64,000 bases of DNA from Selaginella moellendorffii (taxonomy: Eukaryota; Plantae; Lycopodiophyta). Positions 1 to 13,185 of the stretch are shown here, piece by piece. The notes beneath the pieces were generated by a model that had not been told where the DNA came from, did no database searches, and was given only the letters and a program-made list of their open reading frames with translations. The first letter of the stretch is position 1, and each line of letters starts with the position of its first letter. The position numbers and the translations under genes were made by a program. Location of the stretch: the NCBI RefSeq assembly GCF_000143415.4, contig NW_003314266.1, positions 380,503 through 444,502 of the forward strand, given 5' to 3'.

Positions 1-494
1 TGGCACGAGTTCAATTCCCATTGATTAGTGGCTTTTTAAAAATATAATATACCCTTGAGCAAGATATATTCCTATCCCTAAATTTGAAATTGTATGTATT
101 GAGCATCCATGTGTATGTCCTTCCTCTTGTGTGGAGTATCTATAGATGAAGGTATCCATTGTAGGACTACGGTACAGGTGGATGACTAGTTTCCTTACAT
201 GGAATAGCTGATCTACACAATGGAAAGATTGGTAAATTAAGTGCGAAAATGGAGATTCTAGTTCCTCTTGGTTAAAAAGGGGTTGTTAGTCAATAGTCAA
301 TGAGGACATTGACAACTTTGAAGGGGGGGTGAGGGTAGCGCATGTGATCATGGGATGAGATTTGGATATACTGTCACCGTAAATCCTTGAAACTTTAGAA
401 GATAAATGGGGATAAAATAAGCACTAAGGGCTCTTTTATCAAGCAATTACCCCTTTTCCAGTTCACTTAAGGAAAGAGAGATAGGGTACACTAC
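1..494 (+). mobile_element. 3' part of a TRIM-like non-autonomous LTR element (internal region, PPT, 3' LTR)
   Basis: 1-335 matches the internal region of the complete TRIM at 60604-61338 (tggcacg..ttcccattgattagtggc). A purine tract aagggggggtgag precedes an LTR-like segment gtagcgcatgtgatcatgggatgag...ctaca. Confidence 0.75.
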
Positions 495-559
495 ACTTCC
501 CCAATGTCTCTTCTTTAGTTCGTACCAAATCCCCATCTATAGCCATTATCAAAAAAGTG

Positions 560-1030
560 ACTATGGGTATCGAAAGTTATCTATTAGCTAGTCCTTTTTT
601 ATATTCTTTCCTTACTACCACGATGGTAGGAAGTTGGTATTATTCATTCCCTTTATCAACCCTTTTTATTCAAGTGTTAGTAAACTGGGCTTAGCACTTG
701 TACTTAGCCAGATGGATATAAGGTAGGAACTCCTATGTGTTTCTTATTGAGCATACTCAACCTAACTTTTAGTTCTTTTTTGCTTTATCTTGCATTAGCT
801 TGACAAGAACCCTCACATATTGAGACTAATCCCTTAACATTGTCAAATGATAGCTTATTGTGTCTGTTAAACATTTGCACTATCATACACCTTGTGTTAG
901 TACTGTTCAATTCTAATTGCTATCTATGGAAAGTGTTTAGATTTGTTAATTTGACATATTTACGGAATATAGAGATGATCCTGAACACAATGGTGTTCAT
1001 CCCGTGTCCAAATTCACAATTTAGAGCACG
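560..1030. mobile_element. LTR-retrotransposon LTR fragment
   Basis: Colinear with about 42020-42490 (gggtatcgaaagtta... to ...ccgtgtccaaattc). Confidence 0.65.
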
Positions 1031-1619
1031 GACCATACTTAAGTTTACAAGCTGAAGAGTTGAGCTCACGAATTGACCTCAATTTTCAATTATAATTTAG
1101 TACAAACATTATAAAATTTAAAATTTTAAGGTTATGGCAAACCTAATAATTTCATAACTCTCTATATATTATATAGATAAAAAAGTTCTAAAGGACACTT
1201 CTTGTTCTAATAATTTAAATATTTACTACATGTAATTATAGGGACATTTGTTAGAATATAAAATAAATGTTTGCAAAAAGGGTATTCTAATCACTTCTTT
1301 AAATTTGTACTCTGTGCTTTTTGGCTAGTAAATATCAGGCTTGTCAAAACTAAAAAATTATTAAATTTGAAATAAGATTCTATGTAAAGCTATATAACCG
1401 TTTAAAATGAAAAAACAAAAAAACTGTTGATGTAAACTTATTGCATATAAAAGAAAGACTTGGTTTTGTTCTAGAATACATTCTTGAGGGGTTTGTTATA
1501 GCATACTGTTTAGAATTTAAAAATCTTCATTCACACTCTCATTCCAAAAAAGGGAAATACACATAAATATTTGGGTTTTAGTGTTAGTAATTTTAACTCT
1601 CACAATCTTTCTTCCTAGG

Positions 1620-2002
1620 GTTCAAGGGCTAGAAGATGTAATAACTATCCCATTGCATAGCATAACCAAACCACATAAAAGAATGAAAGAGAGGATAGCG
1701 AGGATAGTGATCATGAGTTGGAGATAAATGCAATGACAAGGGGTGCAACAAATTGGGTGAAAAAGAATGCCTTTTTATTTGTTTTAGAAAAGTGCAATTC
1801 TACCACATTCAAGAAATGCCCCATATGTTTTTTAGCGTCTGGTGGAAACAATAGCAATGATCAGTATGATGGTATATATGCTCTTGTGACACACTACAAC
1901 ATCACACATTGGAAAAACTACCATGAATTTTTTTTTGAGATGGTAAAGACAGAAATGGAGACACACGAGTACTATGGGCAGTATTGCAAAAAGAATACTT
2001 AG
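1620..2002 (+). pseudogene. Possible terminal exon of a small Cys/His-rich protein gene, convergent with the SWIM gene
   Basis: An acceptor-like ttcttcctag near 1618 precedes ORF 1718-2002, which contains CPIC...HYNITH. Family not recognised. Confidence 0.3.
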
Positions 2003-2108
2003 AAGCATATAAAATGAAAAGTGAAATGAAAAAGCACTTTTTTATTAATTATATAAAGTATAATAAGTTTTATTGATAGAGAATAAACATCAATAGTGTT
2101 GGAGAAAT

Positions 2109-4957
2109 CTAGTTAGCTCCAAAAGTTTTCTCCAACTCAGCAATAGTAAGGCTTGTTTGGTGTATATGAATATCCACTTTAGGATCCTGGTGCAAAATGT
2201 TGATGAAGATGTAGTACATATGCTTGCAAGGAGTATATGCCTTCCCATGTTCCTCGCACTTCATAAAATCTGGACACGTGCAAGAAGGAAAGTCGTGAAT
2301 GGCAATTGTGTACTCTCCACCCTCTGTTTTGACTATGTACTCCTTTGCAAGCGCAATGATGTACTTCGTGGAGAGAATCTCACACTCAAGTGTTTGAGCC
2401 AAGTTTATTTTACCCTGTTTTTGCTTGGAGACGGTACCAATAAATTTAACTACCTTACCTTTTCGTGCTAGCCTCATGTGCATCTCTGTAGGAATAGTCT
2501 TGGTTCTGTCACTTATGTCTCCAACTCTCTTCTCAAGATTAAAACTAAATTTCTCAAGGTTTTCAATCTCATCCGAGGTGAGCACAACCCCATTAGCAAC
2601 TGGCGATTCTTTAGGTACTATATCAAGTTTAGTCACTATAGTGTCTTCAAGCCGCTTCGTATGGTTAGCGTTGGTGTTGCAACAATATAGCCAGCACCAT
2701 TTCGAAAATCCTACTTGTTTTGTTCCCCATAGAAACATGGGGCTGGAAAAGAAGCAGGTTTGTCACCACGAATCTAGGCCTAACACTTGCCCCTCGAAAG
2801 CATCCCCACACACTTTACATTCAATTTTGCTAGCATATGTCAGATTGCCTATTGCTTTGGCTCCACACTACAATAAGCAATTTTAACCTGTTGCGATGCA
2901 CTCTCTTCATCAGCCACTTGAGGTGGCTCGGTCCGAGAGCGGTGTCTTGGAGCAAAATGGTACTCGACATCAGGCCTGTGAGAGCTTTTCGCTCCAAGGT
3001 TTATACCAACATTTTCTCTAACAAAGGAAAAACGATGCTTTGAGTGGACAATCTTTATATCACCAATAAAAGCTCAGAGAGTGTACTCCATAGATATGCC
3101 ACGGACCACTTCTTTAATTGTAGTTGCCATTTTTCGGGTGGGTGGAATTAATTTTCTCTTCATCCTATCATATAACATCTCAACAGAAGGCCTTATTCCC
3201 ATGTATCTTCTTTCCTCCAATGCTAGCACTTTTGAAGATTGTTCTATAGCACATATCAAATTTGATAGATAGGCTTCATATAGACTCATCGTCCCTTTCC
3301 CTGCCTTAAAGGAACACCAACTCCAGTGCTGACTTTCGGAGAGATTCACAGTTGGGGTGTATGCGAGGTCCTCAAGTGGTTGATCCTAATGGAAAAGGCA
3401 ATATTAAAAGGTAATAAAATGAGAAAAAAAAATAGAAACCAACCTAAAAAGAGTGATGGCCCTACTAGAACATCATAACTTCCCACAAGCTAGGTGCAGG
3501 TTGTACTCCTCATAGTAAGTCCTGCAAGTTAGCCTTGTTTAGTTGAGTCTTTTGACAACTTGAATTGAGTAAAGTGTTTGCAATAAAATCCTTGAGGACG
3601 GTCTTCTGAACATGTTTCGGAGTTGCAGATGAGTTTCTTATAGTCTCTTCTTGCACAGCATCTTTGAAACAATTGAGAGAACTTCTTTGTATTCCTTCCT
3701 ACATTGGATGCATATGTGTGCCAACATGCACTACAACTCTTCCAGACACTCCATCCCATGGAAGAAAGTAGTACATCTTGGCCTTGTAGATAGCATGACA
3801 TAAAGGAGTATTTTTGTAGAATCGACACTTGAATCCAACAGCAATGGTGTCACAGGCTGGAGGATTGACTGCAGACCCTTCGAAAAATATATAATTTCTA
3901 CAACGGTCTCGATTGCATGCTTCATCCACACAATCTAAATGCCCGCCTCAATGAACTATAGACACTGTGCCTTCAAAATGTTGGAAGTGTGTGGTCTTGA
4001 TCTTGCACCAATTGTGGACATTTTACTTGGTTTCCATCCATGCTCTATTTCGTTAAAGTGGGATTTATTCAGTAAAATGGGACTAGGTACAAATTTTCAA
4101 GTATTTGAAAATGACGTGAAATTATATGTTTTTTATCCAGGGGCTAGACATATCTGGGGCATGGTGACTAGCGCGGTGACTTTATGTCCAGACTGAGTCC
4201 ATCTGGTTGTATAATAAATCTCATTGTCAAGGTGAACAAGCCGAATCTGAAGCTAAAGAAGAGCGATGGCATGCGCGCACACACTATTTGTTTGTTCATT
4301 GAACGTGTGGTGAGCTTTCCAAGATGAACGTCATTCCTATTAGCCAGACATATAACTTAATGGTGAGAACATTTAGATATTATTCAATGTTATCTTTTTC
4401 TAACGAATCTAATTGTGAAGGTGTAGCAAGAGGCATTGCTAGTCTGGAGAAGTCATTTAACTCATTTGACCCTTAGTGTATTTTCATGAAACTAAATAAC
4501 ATTCATATTATTAAGGAATTTCTCTAGTACCTTTTTTTTACGACATAGAGGCTTGCATTTCTTTCAAAGGTGATTTAGTAAAAGGCCTGAGGGCACATGC
4601 CATTCTATTTCTCAGACCGGTATTAAGATATACTAGTGCAAAGGGAAAAATGTATTTGGTGATCAAGTAAATGGCATGAGGGCACACGCCATTATAAGCC
4701 TAAGCGCTAGTGGACACCTCCTTTTTGGTACTCTTAGCAGTACTATCATCCTTCTCCGGGTCAGTTGTTTTGCTTTGGATTGTTGTCTCTGACGTTACTA
4801 GGGCGTTCTCGATAGTTGTTAATGTTGCCGTTTGTTCAGAAAAATGATCACCTGGAGTATAGTACGGGGAGTTTGGAAGACTTATATATTCTACATCTTC
4901 ACCTATCTCCTTCTCCATCTCCTTTTCTGCCTCACTTACAGATTTTGTGCTTGCCAT
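2109..4957 (-). pseudogene. Degraded multi-exon SWIM zinc-finger gene (MULE-like transposon-associated protein)
   Basis: C-terminal SWIM motif CTCPDF...CKHMYYI (2109-2738); NLSESQHWSW segment (3074-3349); Cys/His segment C..C...HVGTHMHP (3699-3929); N-terminal exon MASTKSV...ISLPNSPYY. The frames are broken by stops and frameshifts. Confidence 0.65.
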
Positions 4958-5595
4958 GAGAACGCTCTTCACCCTAAAATATGGAGTTCGTTGTGTTATA
5001 AAAGGAAACCAACACACTCGCTGCAAGGGAATGATGGTACATAAAGCACGTAAGCCCACAATATGGGTTTATGTGCCATTAATATGGGCCACACGCCATA
5101 TTATTAGATTTATGCACGTGTGATTGGTAAATGCATATGTCACATCATCTTTGTTTTACCTCACACACTATATCAGGCCTAATGAACCATATCATATGTG
5201 CGCACATGCTATATATATGGAGAAGTATTATGCAAGGATAGAAATTCAATGCATGATTGTGGAGAGCAATGGCATGAAGCCACATGCTAAATAACATTTT
5301 AGAGAAAGAATTAAAATAAAAACATGCAAACAGTACTAAGTGGACCAAGACTTAGAAGTGCACAGTTGAATGAGGTATTTCTAATAAATACTTCACTCAC
5401 CTCATATAGGAATGGCTACCACTCTCAAATGGCGTATCGCCTCATGCCATCACCTCGCAATTTGTTATAACAATCCGATGAATTCATATTCGGCTTGTTC
5501 ACCTTGAACTTTAAGTAAGATTTGCTAGAACAACTAAGAATTTATACTTGTTATTTGTATCATCTCACCTAGGAATGGCGTAAGGCCACATGCCA

Positions 5596-8500
5596 TCACG
5601 CCTCCTCTGATTCAGATTCGGATTGTTCACCTTAAAATAAAATACATTAGAAACTTAGTAAAGGAATATTCATGAATCTCACCTTGAACCCGGGTTATGA
5701 ATGCTCTTGCTGCATCTCTTGCATGGTCTGGCAAGGTGATGGTGGCACTCTGCTTCCGCATCCAACCATGCACAACATTATCCACCGATATGCTCATGCT
5801 AGGATCCCTTGGATTCAGCACCCATCTCTTTTCTAGGCAATCGTTCGTATATCCGGAACTTGGCTTGAACCACTCCACAGTTACATTGAAGGAGTTAGTT
5901 TCCACGTCCTCCTCTGCATCAGTGATGCAGCGCCCCACCCATATCATTTGTTTTTTATTACTGGGTCTGACAAGCACGACCATTCCTTTGCAGACCTGTA
6001 CTGGATTGAATGCTGAATTCAGCTTCTTGTTCCTCGGCCCACAATAGTGATCCTCAACATCGTTATCTGTCACTGCATTTCCAGAGGACATTGTTCCGCT
6101 ACTATCTGGTGCTCTGGGTTCTGGCCAAAAGGACTCTTCCAATTCTTCATATACAACCGGCCCATTTTGGATAGCAGATATAATCTTCTCCCAGTATTCG
6201 AGCAAAAGCTTGCACCTCTGAAAATAGGATTCTCCACCAAACACCAACCCCCTCTTCTAGAAGGCAATATGCTGTCTAATCCCGGCCACTATACTTTCCT
6301 GGTCTTTGAGTCCATCCGGGTGCATCGGCCGTGGGGAACCCTGAGGAATCATAGGTTCCCCAGTTATGGGATCTCTCTTGAAGAGTTCAATGCCGTCCAC
6401 TGGCAGCCACACTGTGTCCCATTCTCTCATCTTGTACCTCATCACTGGAGCACCGTCACACATGCTGAAATGAAACTGAAGAGGCTTGGAGTGGCCAATC
6501 AGCGTTTCGGATCCGTCCCTGATGTAGCCTCTTACAAACCCCTTAAAGTCTGGAACCTCTGTCAGAAGTGCAGCTTCAACAGTGCCTTTGATGCAATTTT
6601 GGAATTCATAGTAGAGTTGTGGGAGGGTGAGGACATTGGATCGCCGGAGGGACTCTGCCAGGTGACTGAACATGGCATCGACGTCTTCATGAGTGTGCCC
6701 AACCATGAGAAAGCCAAGTGTAACCGTTTCAAATATGCCTTTGGCAACAAGCATCACCAAGTACGCGAAGACGTACATGTTTTTGTTCTCACTGCCAGCA
6801 TTGTCTGTTTGGAGCAGAAGATGGGGTGGAAGGCCACATCGGCCGCAAGAACTTCCTTGAGATTCTGCTTCGTTTGGATGAGGTTGTGCATTCACCGGGC
6901 GACCAGCCTCGTCAGAATGGCATGAGGCCTCACCTGATAACCCTACAATCTGACGGCCAACATATTCACTGGGATGGCATGGGGCCCCACGCGATACTGC
7001 AAGCCTTTGCTCCTCCTCCAGCTGAACCCTGTATGGGGTTCGATCGACAAGGGCTTTATGCAAGGGTTGGCCGTTCAGCTCAGTCTGCGCACTTTGCAGA
7101 GACCTTAAGTGTTTTGCTAGGGACGCAATCATCATGTTTGCACCCCCGCCACCCCATAGAGGTACAAAGAAGTTCCCATAGTTCTGGGCACCATGCCCAT
7201 GAGCGATTATGCCAAACAGAGACACAGGCAGCTGCATGGATGAAGAGATTGCCTTGGGGGCAGGATTGAGTCGAGGTAAGCACGTCTTTTTCTGGTCCAT
7301 TTTGTCGTGGATGATGCAGAGGTAAGAGTCAGGTCTCTCCATGGAGAGAATCCTGTTATGATAATATGCAGTCCTGCAGCTTCTCTGCTCGATGTTGTGG
7401 TCGAGCCGCCTTCTAACCAACGTCTCTCGCTCTTGAGCGCTGCAAGAATTCTTCGACAAAGCCATTTTGATAGCAGTGCATTCGTCACGCTGGAGTACTT
7501 TCCTATACTCACATCCCTGAACCTGTTGCTCCACAATCTACTAAATCTAGATTGGCTCAGCTTCCTGTAGCCATTACTCTGGAGTTCCCGATTCACATCT
7601 TCCAATATGGCCCCCTTGGTATACATGGAAGGGAGAACTCGTTGGGTGTCTCGTGTTCCATCTTCCAAGAGGTGGGTTTTATGTGGTTGCTGCTCGCTAC
7701 ATGTCTCGACAAACCTCTTGAAGATTGCCTCTCCATATACAACATGACCCCTGGTTTTGTGCGTACCGTCGTTCCCATGGACTGCCTGTTGAACCCTTTG
7801 TTCCTTGAACTCAGTTTTGATTCTGTAGAATGTGGTTCGAGGGACTCCATAAATGATTCTCCATGCCTTCATGCAGACCAAACCCCTCTGGAAGACCATG
7901 CCCCCCACCTGATGTTCTGAAGCATCAACAAATGACCGTAATGCCTCATACACAAAATTGCGAGCTGCCTTCCAGGACAATGTTTTGTATCTTGCTCTCT
8001 CCTCTTCAATAGCATCCCAATCAGCATGTTGACAGCACCTCCTCTTGCAACAAGCAACTGTCGAGACCATTCGAACCTCCATCGCCATTTTCTGCCTTTT
8101 CGGTTCATTGCTCAGATCCCTTTGGCTGCGCTTTAGGAAGGTGTACTTTCTTTTCCCATGAAGAGATGTTCTGTCATCAGTTGTAGTGGTGTTTGATTGT
8201 GAATCCTTCACATTCTCAAACACTAAGTGCCTCAATTTCCACCGCACAATGCTTCCAATAGTCAGACTGTTTTCTTCTGTGTCAACAACCTCTAAAATCA
8301 CAACTCCAATATCATCCCAGCCCAATTCTTGATTAGCAACCGCATCTCTTGGATCGACAACTGTGGCTAAGCCCTCAGCTACCACCTCCCCCTCGGGGTT
8401 GTTTAGAAACACCTTCGCCTGAATCCATGTAGCACGGTTCTTAAGATCCACGGAGGGAACATGCGTCGCACTTGCGCTGTCCCCAACATCTGCTTTCTTC

Positions 8501-8727
8501 TGAAGATTTTTCAAGGCAACAACAACATTTACCCCGACGACCATCTCTCCTCGTTCAATAGCGACCACATTCCCATCGAAGACAGTCTCTACTGATACAG
8601 CAGCATTGCCTTCCCCAAGCCTTTCACAGTGTATAACAAAGTTCCGATCCATAGACACAAGGGTCCCTTTTGCAACTCTCTTCCCACCATTCAAAATGTA
8701 AACCTTTTCCCCAACCCTGAAGGCCAT
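5596..8727 (-). pseudogene. DDD-type transposase (Sola-like / DUF7869-type) with tandem N-terminal Tnp1/En-Spm-like beta domains; disabled
   Basis: Motifs IIHDKMDQKKT, LQTDNAGSENKN and FLMVGHTHEDVDAMFS; Cys clusters CCKRRCC and DECTAIK. Frameshift near 7490 joins ORF 7207-8727 to 6257-7534. An in-frame TAG at 6257-6259 (probably from TGG) continues into ORF 5627-6247. Short last exon GEQSESESEEA*. Confidence 0.8.
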
Positions 8728-9089
8728 TCTGAAAGTGCAGAAAAGAAATTAAGACCATACAAAAAATGATTGGAGAATGGCCTAAATCATAACATACCAA
8801 ACAACCTCAATAGCATGAGGCCACATGTCATTATTCAAACATGCTATTGACACCCACGTGAAATTTCGCATTCACAAAATTGGCATGAGGCCTCATGCCA
8901 TCTTGATATACACACAGCTGCAGGCAAGTAAAAACATACATGACAATACGCTAGCCATGAAATTGCAAGGGCCCAAGATGGCATGTGGCCTCATGCCATT
9001 TCTAAATGTGGTCCTAAGCCATTCCATGGTGAACATACCAGGAAGCACAAATGCCGAATATCAAGAGGAAGCGGTAGCCACACCAAAGA

Positions 9090-9230
9090 CAGTGCCGCTC
9101 GCAACACCGCAACTACTCGTAGCGCCGCTCGCAACACCGCAACTGCTCGTAGCGCCGCTCGCACAAACTGCCACTCGCATAAACTGCCGCTCGCAATGGC
9201 GCTCGCAATGCCGCAACCGCTCGTAGACGC
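9090..9230. repeat. GC-rich 27-bp tandem repeat upstream of the transposase
   Basis: g(t/c)gccgctcgcaacaccgcaact(a/g)ctcgta repeated 2-3 times, plus degenerate gccgctcgca units. Confidence 0.7.
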
Positions 9231-10000
9231 ATAAACCACAGCCCACAACGCCGCTTACACAAGCAGCGCTCACTGCGCTCAGCGGAACCAAGAACACGGC
9301 GCACAAAAAGGATAGACCTAGGAATGAGTTCGAGAATTCAAAAATAACACACGCTTGAACGTCACATCAAATCCTCTGACAAACCAGATCTTATGACTCC
9401 TCTGACAAATTTCAAACTGAGTAGCTTCTAGACTTTGGTGTCGGAGGTTGAACTTTGTCACATCATGTCCTTGCCTCGATCCAGCTGTGCCATGTCAGTG
9501 ATTCGAACTTTGCCATGCCATGTCAGCGATCCGCGCCAAGATTATTCGCCGTGTAAAGGAATAATTATGCTGTGTGTGTACGTCCATTTATGGCAATATA
9601 AGGCCACACGCCATTCAAAGAATAATGCTAGTCGAGCATTTTTTGGTGCATTTTTGGGTTCAAAATTGCATGAGCCCACACGCTATAAAGTTTACCTGTA
9701 CCAAAAATAGAAACAACTTTATTTACTTGGGAATTTAAGAGGTTGAGGCATTTTTAAACTTACAAACACATGCCCTACTTACATTCCTTTGGTTGCTTAA
9801 AATTCAAAAATATTATAAACCTTTCTTTTTGCATTTTCAATGTTTTCAATTATGGTTTTTGATTTTCGTAGGACCAGCCTAGTAATCTATTTGCATCCCG
9901 TCATGTTTATAGCTAGCTTTCGTTTGTCCCCTTCGCTAGCTTGAGATACATCTGCTCGGCATCTGCCTCTTACAGCATTTGCCCAGAAAGGGCATCTTTC

Positions 10001-11075
10001 TGTAAGCGACTAAATTTTCCATTCTACTTTAGTCACTTAACCACAACTCTGACCACTTGGAGGAGTCTCATTCACAACCTCCATGAGTCCAATCCAGGAC
10101 TTGGGACTTGCTAGCCCCGAGAATGGCATCCATGCCACTCAACATTTGCACTTGGTCCAAGTGCTCCACGTGTCCAATCCCATGACCGACACTCAAAGGT
10201 ACCACCGACATAGCAGCCCGTTACGCTAAGGCCATGCTCAATCACCTTTGCCACACTGGTAGTCCAATACCACTTGCATCACCGTCTTGGCTCTCCAAGA
10301 CTAGGCAAACCATCCGTGAGTGGTCATCTCAGATCCACTCCTTAGCATCCTTAGGATGCCCACCGACAAGGGGAATAGCCTTCCCCAATATCCCTCTGTC
10401 AGTCCCCACTAAGTCCCTTCCTGCCCCTAGCCGTGTTTGCCAACACTGCCACTGGATCGAGACCCACAGGCCCGACCACTAAGTCCCACGGCCCTCTGGG
10501 ACTTCCTCACCACACGACTGTGTCCTTGGTCACTACCCCAGAGGACTGCTCCTCTTCCTTTCCACAGTCTGGGCCTTTGGGACAACATTTCGGAACACCG
10601 TGGCCTTACGCGAGCCACCTGGGTACTCTCCTCGCCTTCTGTCCTTGGGTGCTCTAGCCATGGGCTTAGAGCGGGTTCCGTTGAGCCACGACAGGTATCC
10701 AAGTAGGTAGTGCCACCCACACTTGGACTGGGAGCATCGGCCAGTCGATCTCCTGGGGGAACTAGAGCCGGCTCTTGAACACTTCACCAAGCTACCCCGC
10801 TTGTCGGTCTGTGTTCACTCTAGTCTTGGACTTCCCAGTGGGCAGCTCATCACCCAACACTGGGTCCGGCCTTCCTGGGCCAAACTGGCCTTTCCTGGCC
10901 AAACTGGCTCCACTGCAGTCCTCCCCCTACTATACTTTTGGAGCTCACCAAACCCCCCAGGGTCTGGGAGACGAACGCTTTGGGCTTTCACCCTCTCAGG
11001 CTCCGGACTCGGATTCGGACTCGGACTCGGGCTCGGGCTCGGTCTCGGCCTCGGCCTCGGTCTCGGTCTCGGTCC

Positions 11076-11116
<41 letters not shown>

Positions 11117-11745
11117 CCGGTCTCGGTCTCCACTTCGGACTCCATCTCGGACTCCATCTCGGACTCCATCTCGGACTCCATCTCGGACTCCATCTCGGGT
11201 CCATCTCGGGTCCATCTCGGACTCCATCTCGGACTCCATCTCGGACTCCATCTCGGACTCCATCTCGGGTCCATCTCGGGTCCATCTCGGACTCCATCTC
11301 GGGTCCATCTCGGACTCCATCTCGGACTCCATTTCGGGTCCATCTCGGGTCCACCTTGGACTCCACTTCGGACTCTAACTCGGACTCCAACTCGGGTCCA
11401 TCTCAGACTCCACTTCGGACTCCAACTCGGGTCCATCTCGGACTCCACTTCGGACTCCAACTCGGGTCCATCTCGGACTCCACTTCGGACTCCAACTTGA
11501 GTCCATCTCGGACACTCCCACGTGTCATGTGTTGGTCCTTTTGGGTCCCTTTTTGGAGCCTCGCCTTTTGCTCGCTTCGTGCTCGTTCCTTGAGCACTTC
11601 GTTGGGAGTTCCACTCCCGCTCTTGACTTTTCAAGTCGGAGCTTTTGGTTCAAACGTGTTACGCTCGTTTGGCTCTCGCTTCGGCCACTACCATATGGCG
11701 CCCTTTCCGGCTCCACTTTGGGGCCTAGGGATTTTGTGTCTCACA
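10001..11745 (-). mobile_element. Solo LTR (about 1.75 kb) with internal 6/12-bp tandem array
   Basis: TG...CA termini with a 5-bp TSD CTTTC (9996-10000 and 11746-11750). It is an inverted copy of the LTR at about 34295-36027, which is followed by a PBS. Confidence 0.93.
11000..11515. repeat. Tandem array of CTCGGT and GGACTCCATCTC units inside the LTR
   Basis: Directly visible; it explains the low-complexity ORFs in all frames. Confidence 0.95.
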
Positions 11746-11772
11746 CTTTCTTCACGCAGCATTTGCCACATG

Positions 11773-11798
11773 TTTAGGGTTTAGGGTTTAGGGTTTAG
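11773..11798 (+). repeat. Interstitial plant telomeric tract (TTTAGGG) x about 3.7
   Basis: tttagggtttagggtttagggtttag. Confidence 0.9.
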
Positions 11799-13009
11799 CA
11801 ATTCAGTAGCTTGATAAACATGCAAATACAGAACTTGATGCAAAATCCTTTGATATGTCACAATGCCCCTAGGACCATAAACACATTTCAATAGAGAGGA
11901 TCCTTTCATTTCATAACTCCTTACGTAGATCTTGGTGAAACTAGAGTTAGTGAAGTTAGTTTCTTGTGATCCCGCATTTGATTGTGATGTCCCTTTGCAG
12001 TTTCGATGGAAAGGTCAATGCACACCAAACTGTAAAATCTTGGAGCAAAATAACGGTCAGATCTATGGCAAATGCCCCTGAAACATTGTAAGGCTCGTGT
12101 GGTCTCATGTGGTGTCCGATTGAGATGCTTCTTTGCAGGGTCATCAAGAAAGACATTGTATACCATTCTGTAAAATCTAGTTGCGATCTAACGGTTGGAT
12201 CTCCAGAAAACTCAAAAAAATCTCGTGCGTGTCAGAATATCCTAGGAATATACTCCTATGTGCCCCTGAAAATGGCATGCGGCCCCACGCCATTCAAGAG
12301 ATAACACCAGATGACGCCGAGAATTTTTTGGTGCATTTTTTGGGTTCAAAATTGCATGAGCCCACACGCTATAAAGTTTATCTTTGCCAAATAGAGAAAA
12401 GTTTATTTGTGTCATGTGAGGTAGTTACAGTCCTTTGTGCTCGGCATCTGCCTCTTGCAGCATTTGCACTGAAAGGGAATTTTTCTCCATTCAGCATTTG
12501 GCCCTGAAAATGGCATGCGCCCACACGCCATTCAAGGAATAACGCCACAGGACGCCTGGATTTTTGGGTTTAAAATGTTTAGGGTTTTTTGGGTTTTTTC
12601 AAAATATTTTGGGTCCAACGTTTTTTGGGTTTCTTTGGTTCAAAATTGCATGAGCCCACACGCTATAATATTGATTTGAGAGAAAAATAGAAACAGATAG
12701 AATTTCTTTATTTAGCTGAACATCTGCCATTTTTGGAAATACAAGATGCTTTGGAATATCCAATCATGCATGGTATAAATATAGCGAGGGTATTAAATGA
12801 TATCCCAATCATGATCTTTCTTTTGGATTTCGCGTGCATGCAGTCCGAGGAATGATGACATTGCGGATTTCTTTTGGATTTTGCGTGCTTGCATGCGCGC
12901 GGCAATCCAGAAATTAATGGTGGCGCCCAAGTCCGAGGAATGATGACGTGGCGGGATTACCAACCGTTGTGACATTTCGTGCGTGTGAGGTTAGGTTTTG
13001 CATTTTGCT

Positions 13010-13185
13010 TTGTACTCGCACTCGCACACTCGCGCTCGCGCTCGCATCACACTCGCGCTCCCGCTCGCATCGCGCTCCCACTCGCGATCACGCTCACTTC
13101 TCTACAGGTTTCTCGTGTGCATCGGCGTCCACTCGCGCTTGCATCACACTCGCGCTCGCATCGCGCTCGTGTGCATCGGCGTCCA
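13010..13185. repeat. CGCACT/CGCGCT low-complexity repeat in the putative 5' region of the ParB-like gene
   Basis: Repeated ctcgcgctcgcatc and cacactcgcgct units. Confidence 0.7.

Noticed and set aside
6047-6925. 292-aa plus-strand ORF
   Set aside because: Antisense shadow of the transposase with no recognisable motifs.
7460-7534. Programmed frameshift in the transposase
   Set aside because: There is no slippery sequence, the expected CxxC has lost its first Cys (suggesting a deletion), and the gene also has a premature stop.
10723-11784. Long low-complexity ORFs (GLGL, SRSR, ESES); also at 34390-35236, 43426-43873 and 61991-62428
   Set aside because: They arise from stop-free 6/12-bp arrays inside LTRs.
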